Shown here piece after piece: positions 39,081 to 50,219 of a DNA stretch of 64,000 nt (positions are counted from its first letter, which is position 1; every line of letters begins with the position of its first letter). Both the position numbers and the translations under genes were made by a program. The DNA lies in NCBI RefSeq assembly GCF_018350175.1, contig NC_058374.1, positions 129,518,001-129,582,000 on the forward strand, in the 5' to 3' direction. The notes beneath the pieces are model-generated. The model saw only the letters and a program-made list of their open reading frames with translations, had not been told where the DNA came from and ran no database searches. This DNA comes from Felis catus (lineage: Eukaryota).

Positions 39081-40974
39081 TGTCCAGACACTCCCAGTTT
39101 TGTTCATTGTTCTATTCTGAACACCCAGGACAGTGCCTCACACAGGCCGTGTTTCCAATAAATATCTGTTAAATGAATGAATGAATGAATGAATGAATGG
39201 ACAGGCAGTGATACCAGACTGGGATCAGGGAACAGAGAGGGCAGACCGAGGGGTGATAGACTTCCGGTCTGCAGAAGGTTAAGACGGGCAATTATTTGAT
39301 ATGCCCAATCTCATGAGGGATGAAAGAAGACACAGGACAAACGGGACCCATGAAGCAGGCGGGTCCAAGCGAGTGGTACAGCTGGGTGGACAGCTACCGG
39401 CTTTGCCTAGCGCTCCTTTACCCTTCTGACAAGAATCCCTGATTCTCCTCGAGTTTATGCTGCTTTAAAGCGTGAGCATGTGACCCGATTTAGCCAACCA
39501 GCACACCCCACGCCTTTGCCCATAGTGATTGCTTTCTGTTTGGATACATGATCTAATTCAGGCAACCCAAAACAAACGGGTAAAAGAAAGCCCCCACCCA
39601 GGGACACTGCCCGTAGCAAGGATGATACAGCCTGGAGGTGGACTCATCACCTGCAGCCTGAGAATAAAGCCAACCCAGAGGAAAGAACGTCTCTCCAGAA
39701 ACTTGAGTTCCTCCCTGGATCCAGCCATGCCCAAAGGTACCAGACGTTTCAGAGCTGTCAGCCAATAAAGTCTCCTTTTCTGGTGAACCATTTTGAATTG
39801 GGATTACGTCCCTTCCAGCCGAAAACATCCTGAGCAGCCCTGAAGAGCAGGAGTGACAGTCCATTCTCATGGCGCTGAAATCCCTCACAGGGAGGCCTCA
39901 TGTCAGGCCAGATGTCCCAGAAGAGCCATCCCATAACTCTTGGTGAAGCTCACTGACTCTCTTTTTGATGGGCGGGATGGGGCCATGATGGCAGTTTTAT
40001 TAACTATTCGCAGTTACGTTTGGGGAATAAATTCAACCACTTTGTCTCAGGTGTCTGAACATCTCGCATCTCACGACTGTGAAGGGCCGTGATTACACGG
40101 AATCCGACATTCAACTCAGTGCAGAGGGAGAGAGGGCATCGTACGGTGAAAACAGCACCGAACCAAGAGCCGAGTCATCTGGCTTCTCATCCTTCTCTGA
40201 TCACTAACTGGCGGTGCGTTGTGAGCCAACTCATCCACTCCTCTTCCTCTCAACGTCTAAGTCCGCAAAGCGAGCAGCCCTTCTAATTCTGGACTCAAAA
40301 GCCCAGGGAGACGAGGGTTCCTAATCCTTGACAGGATCTAAACCCAGAAAAACACGCATGTGCACAAACACGTAATTTTGCAGAGTGTCATGGGGTTCAC
40401 GACTCTACGACCCAACCTAGATCGCCAACCTCTCTCCATTCTACAATAACTAGGACACTAGCTCTTCTTGCATTCCTCTGGTAATGGGGAACTCACTATC
40501 TGACGAGGTAGCCAAACACGACTGAACTGCTCTAGAAACATTAGTTTGTCTTCATATTGAACCAAGATCTTCACACAGCAGTTTCTACCTATTGGTCCAA
40601 ATTCTCCAGAGCAAATCAGAAAAACCCTCTCTCCCTCTCTGTCTCTCTCCTGCGTGCGGCGTCTCTTCATTTGTTGGAAGACTGTTTCCAACTTTTAAAT
40701 GCAAATAATATGTGAGAAGAAACGCAGATGACGGCTCACCATGTACATTATTTTACAGTTCGTTGTTAGAAAAATACATTCTTCCGAAATATGCCAAGCA
40801 CCCAAACGTAAGTGCCAAATTCCCAATAAGCACTATTAATCTGCACGGCCAAGGGTTTGCACAGACAGCACCGATGCACGAAAATATCTCGAAGGAAATG
40901 GCATAGTCTTGCAGAAAGTTCACCTCATTCCGATTCACAGGAGTTGCAGTAGTACCTGCCTCCTCCCCCAGCTA

Positions 40975-41078
40975 CCTGTGCACGGCTGGGCAAGCCACTT
41001 AACCTCTCTGAGCCTGTTTCGCATCCGCAAAATGCGACCGAACCTACCTCACAGGGACGCAGCGAGGATTAAGTGACA
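40975..41078 (+). mobile_element. MIR core abutting the promoter
   Basis: TGGGCAAGCCACTTAACCTCTCTGAGCCTGTTTC..ATC.GCAAAATG...ACCTACCTCACAGGG...GAGGATTAA. Confidence 0.85.
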
Positions 41079-41850
41079 TCCCGTTCGCGAAGCTCCGAGC
41101 CCACGCCTGGCTCCCGGCAACTTCTCAATCAATCCCAGCTCCCGGGCTCAGCCAGTAGCGCGTTTCTTTCGATGCGCTCGGCGCTCCGTCAGGCGCGTGC
41201 GTCCCCTTCCCGAGCCGGAGCCTGCGCTCTGGGCTCGACTGCGGCTCCCTGGCCGCTCGCGCTTTTCTCTCCTTCTCCAAGATGGCGGCGGTCGGCGGCG
41301 CTGAGGCGGGATCCGGGCGAGCCGAGTGAAGGTAGCGGCGAGCGGAGCCCCCACGAGGCCGGGCTGGGCCCCCTCCCCGAGGCGGCAGCGGCCCCGCCCC
41401 GCCGCCACCCGCCGCTTGGGCCCGCGACACCGCCGCGGGGGCGCCTCAGGCCCGGCGCGGCCTAGCCCAGGGGCCGAGCCGGGGACTGGAGTAGCGGCCG
41501 CAGTCCGCCCCCGGGAAGGGGCTGGGGCGGGCCGCGGAAGGAAGGCGGGCGGGAGCTGTTCAAACGGGGAAGGCGGGAAAGCTGCGGGGCCGGGAGGGGG
41601 CGTGCGGCCGCCCCAGGGGCCTGCGGGCCGGGGCCGCCCCTCCCCCTGCCCGGGCCGTCTCCGCCCTCGGGGGCGCCCGGAGGCCGCCGGGACCGCGGGG
41701 AGCGGGTCGGGGCCGCGGCGCGGCTCGGGACCCGGGGTGCAGGGGCCCCGGGCTGTCAAGGCGAGAGAGCCCCGGGGCCGGGGCGGCGGGAGGGCCGGGC
41801 CCTAAGCCGGCGGAGAGGATGCGAGGAGCTTTCTTCTTTTCCTCTTCACA
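41050..41850 (+). promoter_or_regulatory. CpG-island promoter of HMGXB4
   Basis: Very high GC and CpG density. Contains GC boxes (GGGGCGGG/CCCCGCCCC), an NRF1-like GCGCGTGCG near 41193, a pyrimidine tract at 41262-41278 and a YY1 motif AAGATGGCGGC at 41279-41289. Confidence 0.92.
41262..41331 (+). other. HMGXB4: HMGXB4 exon 1 (5' UTR, contains a uORF)
   Basis: Lies in the CpG island after the pyrimidine tract. Candidate donor GAAG|GTAGCG at 41331/41332. Both start and donor are inferred. Confidence 0.65.
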
Positions 41851-44157
41851 GAGCTTTGTTGAACTAGCTGTTGCTGCAAAACTGCCGGGAGAATCCCATT
41901 GGTTTGCGTGGGGACCGCAAAAAGGGTGGTCCTGGGGGCTCTCTGTATAAATAACCCGGTGTTATGGGTCCTCTTTGCGGGCGACCCAGTGGGAACGTGC
42001 CTTCGGGGTGCGATCTTCTCCGTACAAGGCCCGTGTCCCCCCGCAGCTGTTACTTGTGTATGTTCACTTTATATCATGCATTGGAGGAGCGACCTCTCCC
42101 CCCTCCCTCTGCCGGTTAAGCTGGTGGCCGGTTATGTCCCCTTATAGCAGAACCAAAAAAAAAAAAAAAAAAAAAAAAAAACCCTCAGTCAAAGGAAAGC
42201 CTGTTGATTGGACAAAGCTTGTCAAAATTCGTCCTGGTGGTTTTTTGCAAATGTGTGTTGTCAGCCGATCTGTGCGGTGGTCGTGGTTCCGCTCAGCTCC
42301 CTTGCAATGGGAGGATTCAATCCCCATCCCAGGCTGTCGGGATCTCTGCAGTTTCCAGAGCTGGCAGGGGCTGTGAGTGCTGCATAGGTAGGTTCCTGGA
42401 GAAGGGAGTGGCGGGAATTCGGAGTCTCTGCGTTCCGAGTTCGGAGGCGGTCTCCACAAAAATGACAAGACAGCACCTGCTCTATCCTAGAAGGAAACAA
42501 CTGTAGCAATTCAGCAACTGGCAACAGCTGGCAAAGCACCTTCCTTTTCCTGCACTGACCGGCCACCCGGGTTCCTGGAGGAAGGCTAGAAGAAAACAGG
42601 GACCCGTGAACATGGCTGTCGTCGCGGACTAGACCCGGATTTCAGCGTTTCGCTCACTGCTCGGATCGAGGGCCTTACTCTGTTCCCTCTTTTTCAGTAC
42701 TCACGTTCTGGGATGAAGAAATTTGTTCACAACGATCGCTGGGGCTCAGATTACCGCAAAAAAAAAAAAAAAAAAATCACCTTCTGAAACTTTGTTTCAA
42801 TACTTCTCATTTGGACCTGCAAAATAAGAAGAAGCAACATTAAGTAACGAACTTTCACTTACAGTATCATTTCTTAGCACACTGAGAAGAACATAATTGT
42901 AAAACTACCCCTGCCTCTTGAAGTTGACAACACTGAATTCCGTGAACTCCAAAATGGTGGGATTCAGGAGAATGGGTTTTAACACCTGTTTTCGTTGTGC
43001 CGACATTTCATGTTAATTATGGCCTCTGTCTTCTAACGTGGAAATCAAGGCTAATAATATTTTTCACTTCCGTTAGTCCCACAATCTGCTGCCTAACCCT
43101 GAACTCTGAATTTATCGTGGATAATGATTACCTGGAAGGAATATCGAGGGGTCATCTGATCCCATATAAATGTTGTCCTAACTCTGCCTTTCTTCCACAC
43201 TATTGCCTGAGACTTCTTTATCTGGCTTCATCTTTCCTTTGTGAGTCAGCAACCCAAACTAACCCCTGAGCTGCAATAATACCTTGATTTTAAAGAATCT
43301 CGAAACGCAAGGTCCATCAATCTGCCCAAGCTGTGAGCAACAGAGTTCACTGTGTTTTAAGTTTTTTAAGCTCTTGGCTATTCCAGTTCTTTAGTGAATC
43401 AGCCTTGCCTTCAGGTCCCATTCATTTTTTTTTTTTTTCTCTCTCTATGGGTTATTTAATTCTGTAATGTATAAAATGCTCTTCAGCGTTTCTCTGAAAG
43501 TTTAAACAGGAGCAGGCCTAATTGCAATATGTCATGCCAATACCAGCATGTGTTTTCTGTATTTGCCCGTGCCTCTGAGGATCAGCTCCTAATTTTCTGT
43601 TCCCTTTCACAACTTTTTAAATCCACTGGTTGTTTTCCAAAGCAGTCAGTTAAGAGACCACGAACACTTTTTCACAGCTCTGAAGTCACATCGTGGTGTT
43701 CTCTCTCATACTGTCTTCAGAGGTACTTACTCCCATTTTGACTGTTAGACCGTTCCACTCTGGTTTATGTTAGTTTTGATGTTACTAAAAAGAAGGCCTG
43801 CCCGTACGTCTCAGGGCCTGCAGAAGTGCCTTGACAACAAATTGATGGCCATATTTGTGATCCCGAATGTTTAAGATTTTTTTCCTTATTATTTCTCAAA
43901 CATTCTTAGCCAAAATTCATTTGGCATGAAAAACATTTAAAACTCTAGGTCTCAAGTTGCTGTATTTCTTGGCATTACCAGCCTGTGAAAACTAACGGGA
44001 CCTTTATCTTTTTTTCTGATAAACTCAGTATATTTTAGTGCCAGTGAGAGGGTGTACTGTTTTCAAATGAATGGACGTAATTCCCTCGGACGTTCCCCCT
44101 TGCCTTACCGCCTGCAGTCTGCACCACTTGTGTGGAGAGGGGAGGGCAGTAATTTCT

Positions 44158-44231
44158 TTTTTTTTTTTTTTTTAATGAAATCTATTGTCAAATCGGTTTC
44201 CGTACAACACCCAGTGCTCATCCCAACAGGT
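44158..44231 (-). mobile_element. Tiny (~74 bp) felid L1 3'-end insertion in intron 1
   Basis: Reverse complement CACCTGTTGGGATGAGCACTGGGTGTTGTACGGAAACCGATTTGACAATAG...polyA; perfect 18-bp TSD GGGAGGGCAGTAATTTCT at 44140-44157 and 44232-44249. Confidence 0.92.
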
Positions 44232-45684
44232 GGGAGGGCAGTAATTTCTAGCTGAGAAAGTTGAATACTGGAACATGGAAATCTAGCTACAGTGGTGCAA
44301 GTTGCCTCGTGTTTCTACATGAGATCTGACCTTATAGCCCCTTCATTTCCTATGACAAGCCCTCAGAGCAAGCAGTTCTCCAGTTTATCACTCAAATAAT
44401 CCAGCTGATTTGGTTTCTTTACTTCACTCTAGATACTCTTGACCTTGACCAACTCCATTCTTCATTCTCCTCAGGGAAGTGGAGAAGTACTTTTTTGTGT
44501 TACTTTTCTGAATGTTCCTTGTAAATCATTCTTGGTAATGCTTTTTCTCTTTGTACGCTCAACTTAGGCTTGTCTACGCACTGTATTTTATCTGACTCGT
44601 GCAGTTAAGTCTTCTCGTTTATCTTCGATGTAACTTAGGAAAGTTCCCCTTGTTAATCAGATTCTCTATCACGAAAGTTACACACTTCAGCATTGCCCAT
44701 GCCCGCCTAAGGGATTGGCAGTGTCTCACCAGAGAGCCCGTCAGCATTTCTCAATCCCCTTATAGTAATGGAAATAAAATGAAATTTAAGTAAATAGCCA
44801 ATCCAATCACCTTGTAAGCATTTCACTAACTGGATGAGAACACTTTTTGATATACTTAGTCTGTCATTTTTAAGTTTCCTGCAAAGACTTCCTGCAGGAC
44901 TTGCGACATTACCTGTCCTTAAAGTATTTGAAGAACTTTATCCTAGAGTGCAGTCTACAGCTTGTCATTGTCAAAGTCATAGTAGACGTATAAACGTGAA
45001 TGCCAGAAAAAGTTTAACGTCTTCAGAATAATACTTAGAACATTTACATTACGGTAACTCTTCAAATCAGTAAAAATCTTAATCACAAAAACTTCACCGC
45101 CAGTGGACAAATGAATTCTTCCTTATTTCCACCTAGCCTTTAACAGAGGCTTGATAGCCTTGAAAGCTGTCATGTGGCCAACCAATATAAGAAGTATACT
45201 TATTTTTATACCTCTGCAGTTTTGAGCAAATTCATACAGCCCAACAAAATGCAGACCAAAAAATTACACTGTAAAGTTATCCTTTCTGTTTAAACTGCAA
45301 CACGATAGATTTTAGCCTGTTGCCAATCCGCATGGTAGGACTTTATGGTCTGGAATGTTTGCTGTAATCTGTCTTCCTCTGCATCCTGCTTTATCTGTGC
45401 ATTTCATAACTGTGACTGAACCTATCCCTCTGACTTAATGTCAGTATTTACCATCTCGGTGTTGTCAGTCCTGTTGGCATTTCAGAAATTCTCATTAATT
45501 TTGAGGTATTTTTTATTCTGTGGGAGGTATTTTATATACTTCACCAAACCACAACTCTAACTCATAAGTCAAATCAAATTAAGCCCAGTACACTTCCACA
45601 CTTCCTGCAGTCTCAACCCCGATACATTTACAAGCAGAATGAGGAGGTGACGAGACACTCCTTTATTTCTTGCTGCCCTTCCAG

Positions 45685-45926
45685 TCTGCCNNNNNNNNNN
45701 NNNNNNNNNNNNNNNNNNNNNNNNNNNNNNNNNNNNNNNNNNNNNNNNNNNNNNNNNNNNNNNNNNNNNNNNNNNNNNNNNNNNNNNNNNNNNNNNNNNN
45801 NNNNNNNNNNNNNNNNNNNNNNNNNNNNNNNNNNNNNNNNNNNNNNNNNNNNNNNNNNNNNNNNNNNNNNNNNNNNNNNNNNNNNNNNNNNNNNNNNNNN
45901 NNNNNNNNNNNNNNNNNNNNNNNNNN
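45685..45926 (+). other. HMGXB4: Probable HMGXB4 exon 2 (start codon), mostly hidden in an N run
   Basis: Polypyrimidine tract plus CCAG acceptor ends at 45684, 6 nt before the N run 45691-45926. Exon 3 starts in phase 1, and the expected N-terminus (about MAYDDSVKKE in human) was not seen in the called bases. Confidence 0.65.
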
Positions 45927-46524
45927 CCTTGCAGCCTGTGGACATAGAGACCAGGACTGGCCATCACAGCCTGGACTCCCAAGTGCTGGCCCAGAGCAGT
46001 ATTAATGACACTCAGCCTCCACAACATCCCCCAACTGGGCCCATGGATGCGAAAACCAGGACAGGGTTCCAACACGAGAGTCTGAAATATAAGTCTCTAG
46101 TCTATTGGGGTGATCCCCTGCAGCACTCGTGGTCCTTGCCAGCTCCATGTGCAGGAGTCTGGGGATAAGAGTCACGTTTTGGACTCCCACAGAGCAGCAC
46201 AGCGCATGAATCCTTATTCTTTTCAGCCTTACCTCTGCAAGTCTGTGTCCACCTGCCAAATCACAACTAAGAAACCATGTCTGAGGATGCACATTGGGCT
46301 TTGCATAGCGTGGAAGCATTGTTTCTTCAGGTTTGGTTCTTGTATTTGCAGCCAGGTCATCAAGAAATACACTTGTCCCCTTGGATCCTAGCCCCGTATG
46401 CCAGTGGGCTTCTTGAAACATTTTAACTTGGAAATGGAGGGCCTGTTGCCTTACATATGTGGTGACTTGGTTGCCACTTACTTAATCTTTCTCATTTCCT
46501 TTCCCAAATGAACCCGGCTTTTAG

Positions 46525-46673
46525 ATTGCTTTGATGGTGATCACAGCTCTGAGGACACAGGACTAGCTGCTGGCCGAAGCCAACGAGAAAAGAAACGTTC
46601 TTACAAAGACTTTTTAAGGGAAGAGGAAGAAATCGCTGCTCAGGTCAGAAATTCTTCCAAGAAGAAGTTAAAG
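46525..46673 (+). CDS. HMGXB4: HMGXB4 exon 3 (149 bp): (D)CFDGDHSSEDTGLAAGRSQREKKRSYKDFLREEEEIAAQVRNSSKKKLK
   Basis: Acceptor TTTTAG|, donor AAG|GTAAAT; phase 1 to phase 0. Confidence 0.96.
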
Positions 46674-46887
46674 GTAAATTCTACACATTTGAATTAGGAA
46701 AGCTTTTAACTGTCTCACATCCTATTTCCTCATACTTGAAGAAAGAAGTTTATCTTAAAATAAACATTGTTGGCACCCGTTTGTAGTACTTCCCGTATTT
46801 TACTTTGTTTTCCAAAGTCAGAAATCAAAGAACAGCATCGGGCCCCGTCTTATTCGTTGGTCAATTCTTCTTCCTCTTCAATTCCAG

Positions 46888-46966
46888 GATAGCGAACTTT
46901 ATTTCTTGGGGACGGACACGCACAAGAAGAAGAGGAAGCACTCCTCCGATGATTACTACCATGGAG
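46888..46966 (+). CDS. HMGXB4: HMGXB4 exon 4 (79 bp): DSELYFLGTDTHKKKRKHSSDDYYHG
   Basis: Acceptor TTCCAG|, donor GAG|GTGAGG; phase 0 to phase 1. Confidence 0.96.
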
Positions 46967-47736
46967 GTGAGGAGGGAAGGGGCAGCAGGTGGGATGAANN
47001 NNNNNNNNNNNNNNNNNNNNNNNNNNNNNNNNNNNNNNNNNNNNNNNNNNNNNNNNNNNNNNNNNNNNNNNNNNNNNNNNNNNNNNNNNNNNNNNNNNNN
47101 NNNNNNNNNNNNNNNNNNNNNNNNNNNNNNNNNNNNNNNNNNNNNNNNNNNNNNNNNNNNNNNNNNNNNNNNNNNNNNNNNNNNNNNNNNNNNNNNNNNN
47201 NNNNNNNNNNNNNNNNNNNNNNNNNNNNNNNNNNGGTTACCTAGCATCCCTTTTGCCGTATGTAGTCCCGGGCCCTCGGGCCTGCACCTGTGGGTTACTT
47301 CTCAGTGCAGTGCATATCCACTCACAAGACCAGCCTCTCTTAGCTCTCTTACGCGCATAGCTGATGAGACTAACCCTTTACTAGAACGGGCTTGTCCTGA
47401 ACACAGAAACAGATGACACTCTGTCTGCAGTGCAACCCAAATTGTGACTACTCATAATCCCACAGCTTAGTCCATTCTTCTGGGTCCGCTCTCTCTGGTT
47501 GCTCGTGAAGTCTCAGTGAAGAGAAACGACTTTAGTGGCGAGAACTGTGTCCGGGGTCAGGCAGAATCTACCAAGCCAAGAAGCACACGGGCGTCATCAG
47601 GAATCAGTTGAAGGGTCCCCCCTCAAATCATTTCTCTTAGCCTCTTGCTCGTGTTAGTTGAGTGTTTTGGGTGAGAGAGGAAACTTGTTGGAAGTTGGTT
47701 TGTCGTGTGGACATGACTTCTCTTGATTATTTCTAG

Positions 47737-48692
47737 ATATTTCGTCTTTGGAATCGTCACAGAAGAAAAAGAAGAAGTCCAGCCCGCAGTCTGCTGATAC
47801 AGCCATGGATCTGTTGAAAGCTATCACTTCCCCGCTGGCAACAGGCTCCAAGCCCTCCAAAAAGACAGGGGAGAAATCCTCCAGTTCTTCAAGTCACTCA
47901 GAGAGTAAAAAGGAACACCACAGGAAGAAAGTAAGTGGAGGCGGTGGGGAGCTGTCCCTGGAGGATGGCGGTTCCCACAAATCAAAAAAAATGAAACCGC
48001 TCTATGTGAACACAGAGACACTGACCCTTCGGGAGCCCGACGGCTTAAAGATGAAGCTCATTCTCTCGCCAAAGGAGAAGGGAAGCAGCTCGGTTGATGA
48101 GGAGTCTTTTCAGTACCCCTCTCAACAAGCGACGGTGAAAAAATCCTCTAAGAAATCAGCTCGGGATGAGCAAGGTGCTTTACTCCTAGGACACGAGTTA
48201 CAGAGCTTTCTGAGAACAGCCCGGAAGAAGCACAAGTCCGCCTCGGACCCACACTCCTCTCCTGGCCCCGAAGGCGGTGGGTCGGATGCCTCCCAGTTCC
48301 CAGACTCCCACAGCGCTAACCTTGATCTTTCAGGACTTGAACCTATTCTGGTAGAATCAGACTCGTCCTCTGGTGGGGAGCTAGAGGCTGGGGAGCTAGT
48401 GATAGATGATTCCTACCGGGAAGTCAAGAAGAAGAAGAAGTCAAAGAAGAGCAAAAAGAAGAAGGACAAGGAGAAGCACAAAGAGAAGCGACACTCCAAG
48501 TCCAAGAGAAGTTCGGGACTTTCGGCCGCAGCAGTGGGAGAGGCCCCAGTGGCTCCCGGCCCTCCTCCCAGCGCCCCGCACGCTGGGGCGGCCGCCCCTC
48601 CCCCCCCGCTGCCCAGCCTCCACACAGACGGGCATGGTGAGAAAAAGAAGAAAAAGGAGGAGAAAGACAGAGAGAGAGAGAGAGGAGAAAAG
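47737..48692 (+). CDS. HMGXB4: HMGXB4 exon 5 (956 bp), Lys/Ser-rich low-complexity region with multiple NLS-like basic tracts
   Basis: Acceptor TTCTAG|, donor AAG|GTAAAC; corresponds to ORF 47748..48722; phase 1 to phase 0. Confidence 0.97.
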
Positions 48693-48879
48693 GTAAACCA
48701 TTCTTTAAAGTGCGGTGGGTAAGTGACGATGGTAGTAAGCGGACTTGGAATTCGGCAGCTGAGGGGAGCCGTGGCGAGTGTGGCCCCGTCCGGTGGGATG
48801 GCGTGAAATGTAAAATATTACCAGTGGCCAAGTGTGGCTGATGCGAAAATAAGAGCAGTCTTGATTATTCATGGGTTTT

Positions 48880-49104
48880 GTTTCTTTAATTTTTTTTAAT
48901 GTTCATTTATTTTTGAGAGACAGAGACAGAGCACTAGTTGGGGAGGGGCAGAGAGAGAGAGAGAGGGATGCACAGAATCTGAAGCAGGCTTCAGGCTCTG
49001 AGCTGTCATCACAGAGCCTGATGTGGGGCTTGAACTCACAAACGGTGAGATCACGACCTGAACGGAAGTCAGATGCTTAACCAACTGAGCCATCCAGGCG
49101 CCCC
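48880..49104 (-). mobile_element. CAN-SINE antisense in intron 5
   Basis: TSD ATTCATGGGTTTT at 48867-48879 and 49107-49119. Confidence 0.93.
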
Positions 49105-50219
49105 AGATTCATGGGTTTTCTTAACGGAGCTGTTCTCCCATTGTGCCAGGCATAGGGTTAGGGACACCCTTGAAATTGGAATTCACGGAAGGAGCCAAAC
49201 CCACTTTCTTTCACTCGGCAGCACTGGCTGCCTGGGGCAGTTGAGAGAGACTCAAGGTACCAGAGGTATTCTGTGAGCTTACTTTGAGAAACAGATTTTC
49301 AAAATGAGAAGAATAATGACCAGGTTAACAGAGTAAGGGAATGGCTTTCCACTAACTGTGCTTTCCACTTTCTGGTGTCAAATGTGTGTTCTTTCACCAT
49401 GTGAGCGCCTGCTGTCTACCAGGCCCAGTGCTGTGGTTCTTGTTAAGAGGAGCAGAGCTGAGCGGGACCTAGCTCCCGACCTCAGGGAGCCCACAGATTG
49501 CTGAGGAGACAGGAATGAGAAATCAGCCAGCTTGGTTTAACTTCTTTCCCGCAACTTGAAAAACTTCCTAGCAGTTGTACAGTAGGGGCTGGTGACTATG
49601 TCATTACAGGTTTTCTTTGAAAAATAAACCTTTCCCCCCTGTTATCAAAGTAATTGCTATTGCAGAAATTTAGAAATCGAGAATCGTAGAAAGAAGCTCA
49701 GAAAGGTTAGTTTCGCCACCCGAGGCCAACCATTGGCTTCCTTTGTTTAGAGTTCTGCAAGATGAAATGTCAGATAAAGTCTGAAAGAGAAGCTGCTAAG
49801 AAGGAGAAAGTCAAGTATTTAAGAATTTCGAAATGGGAGCTTCGGTTCCGCCTGTGACGGGTACGGGTCATGTTTCCCACTGCAAAGAGTGGCTTTGAAG
49901 TGTGTATGTCTCACAAATGAAAAACAGAAGTGTACCTTCCGAGCCACGAATCAGTGTGCACGTCAAGAGCTGCATAGTCAGACACTGGGTCAGGTTTTAT
50001 TCATTTATTTGCAAATTGCTTCGTGAAATCGTATGTACTCTGTGTAAGATGCCCTTTATCCTGAGAATTTCCATTCGCTAGTGATGTATGACAGTGCCAT
50101 AAACTAATCGTACAGTGCTGAACGTAGGAGGTCAGGGTGGTCAGAGCTTACGGAAGAAAAAGGATTTCAGTACAGAGGCATCCAAGGTGGCAGAAAGACG
50201 TTTAGGAAGTAGCACAGCA

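Noticed and set aside
41073-41805. Overlapping 100-203 aa Pro/Arg/Gly/Ala-rich ORFs on both strands
   Set aside because: Stop codons are rare in a CpG island; no recognisable domain
48406-48831. Alternative-frame and antisense ORFs over exon 5
   Set aside because: Shadow ORFs of a low-complexity purine-rich coding exon
48693-49630. Exon 5 read-through (VNHSLKCGG*) with intronic AATAAA as a truncated isoform
   Set aside because: Any intron gives a short read-through and chance AATAAA; nothing in the sequence singles this one out
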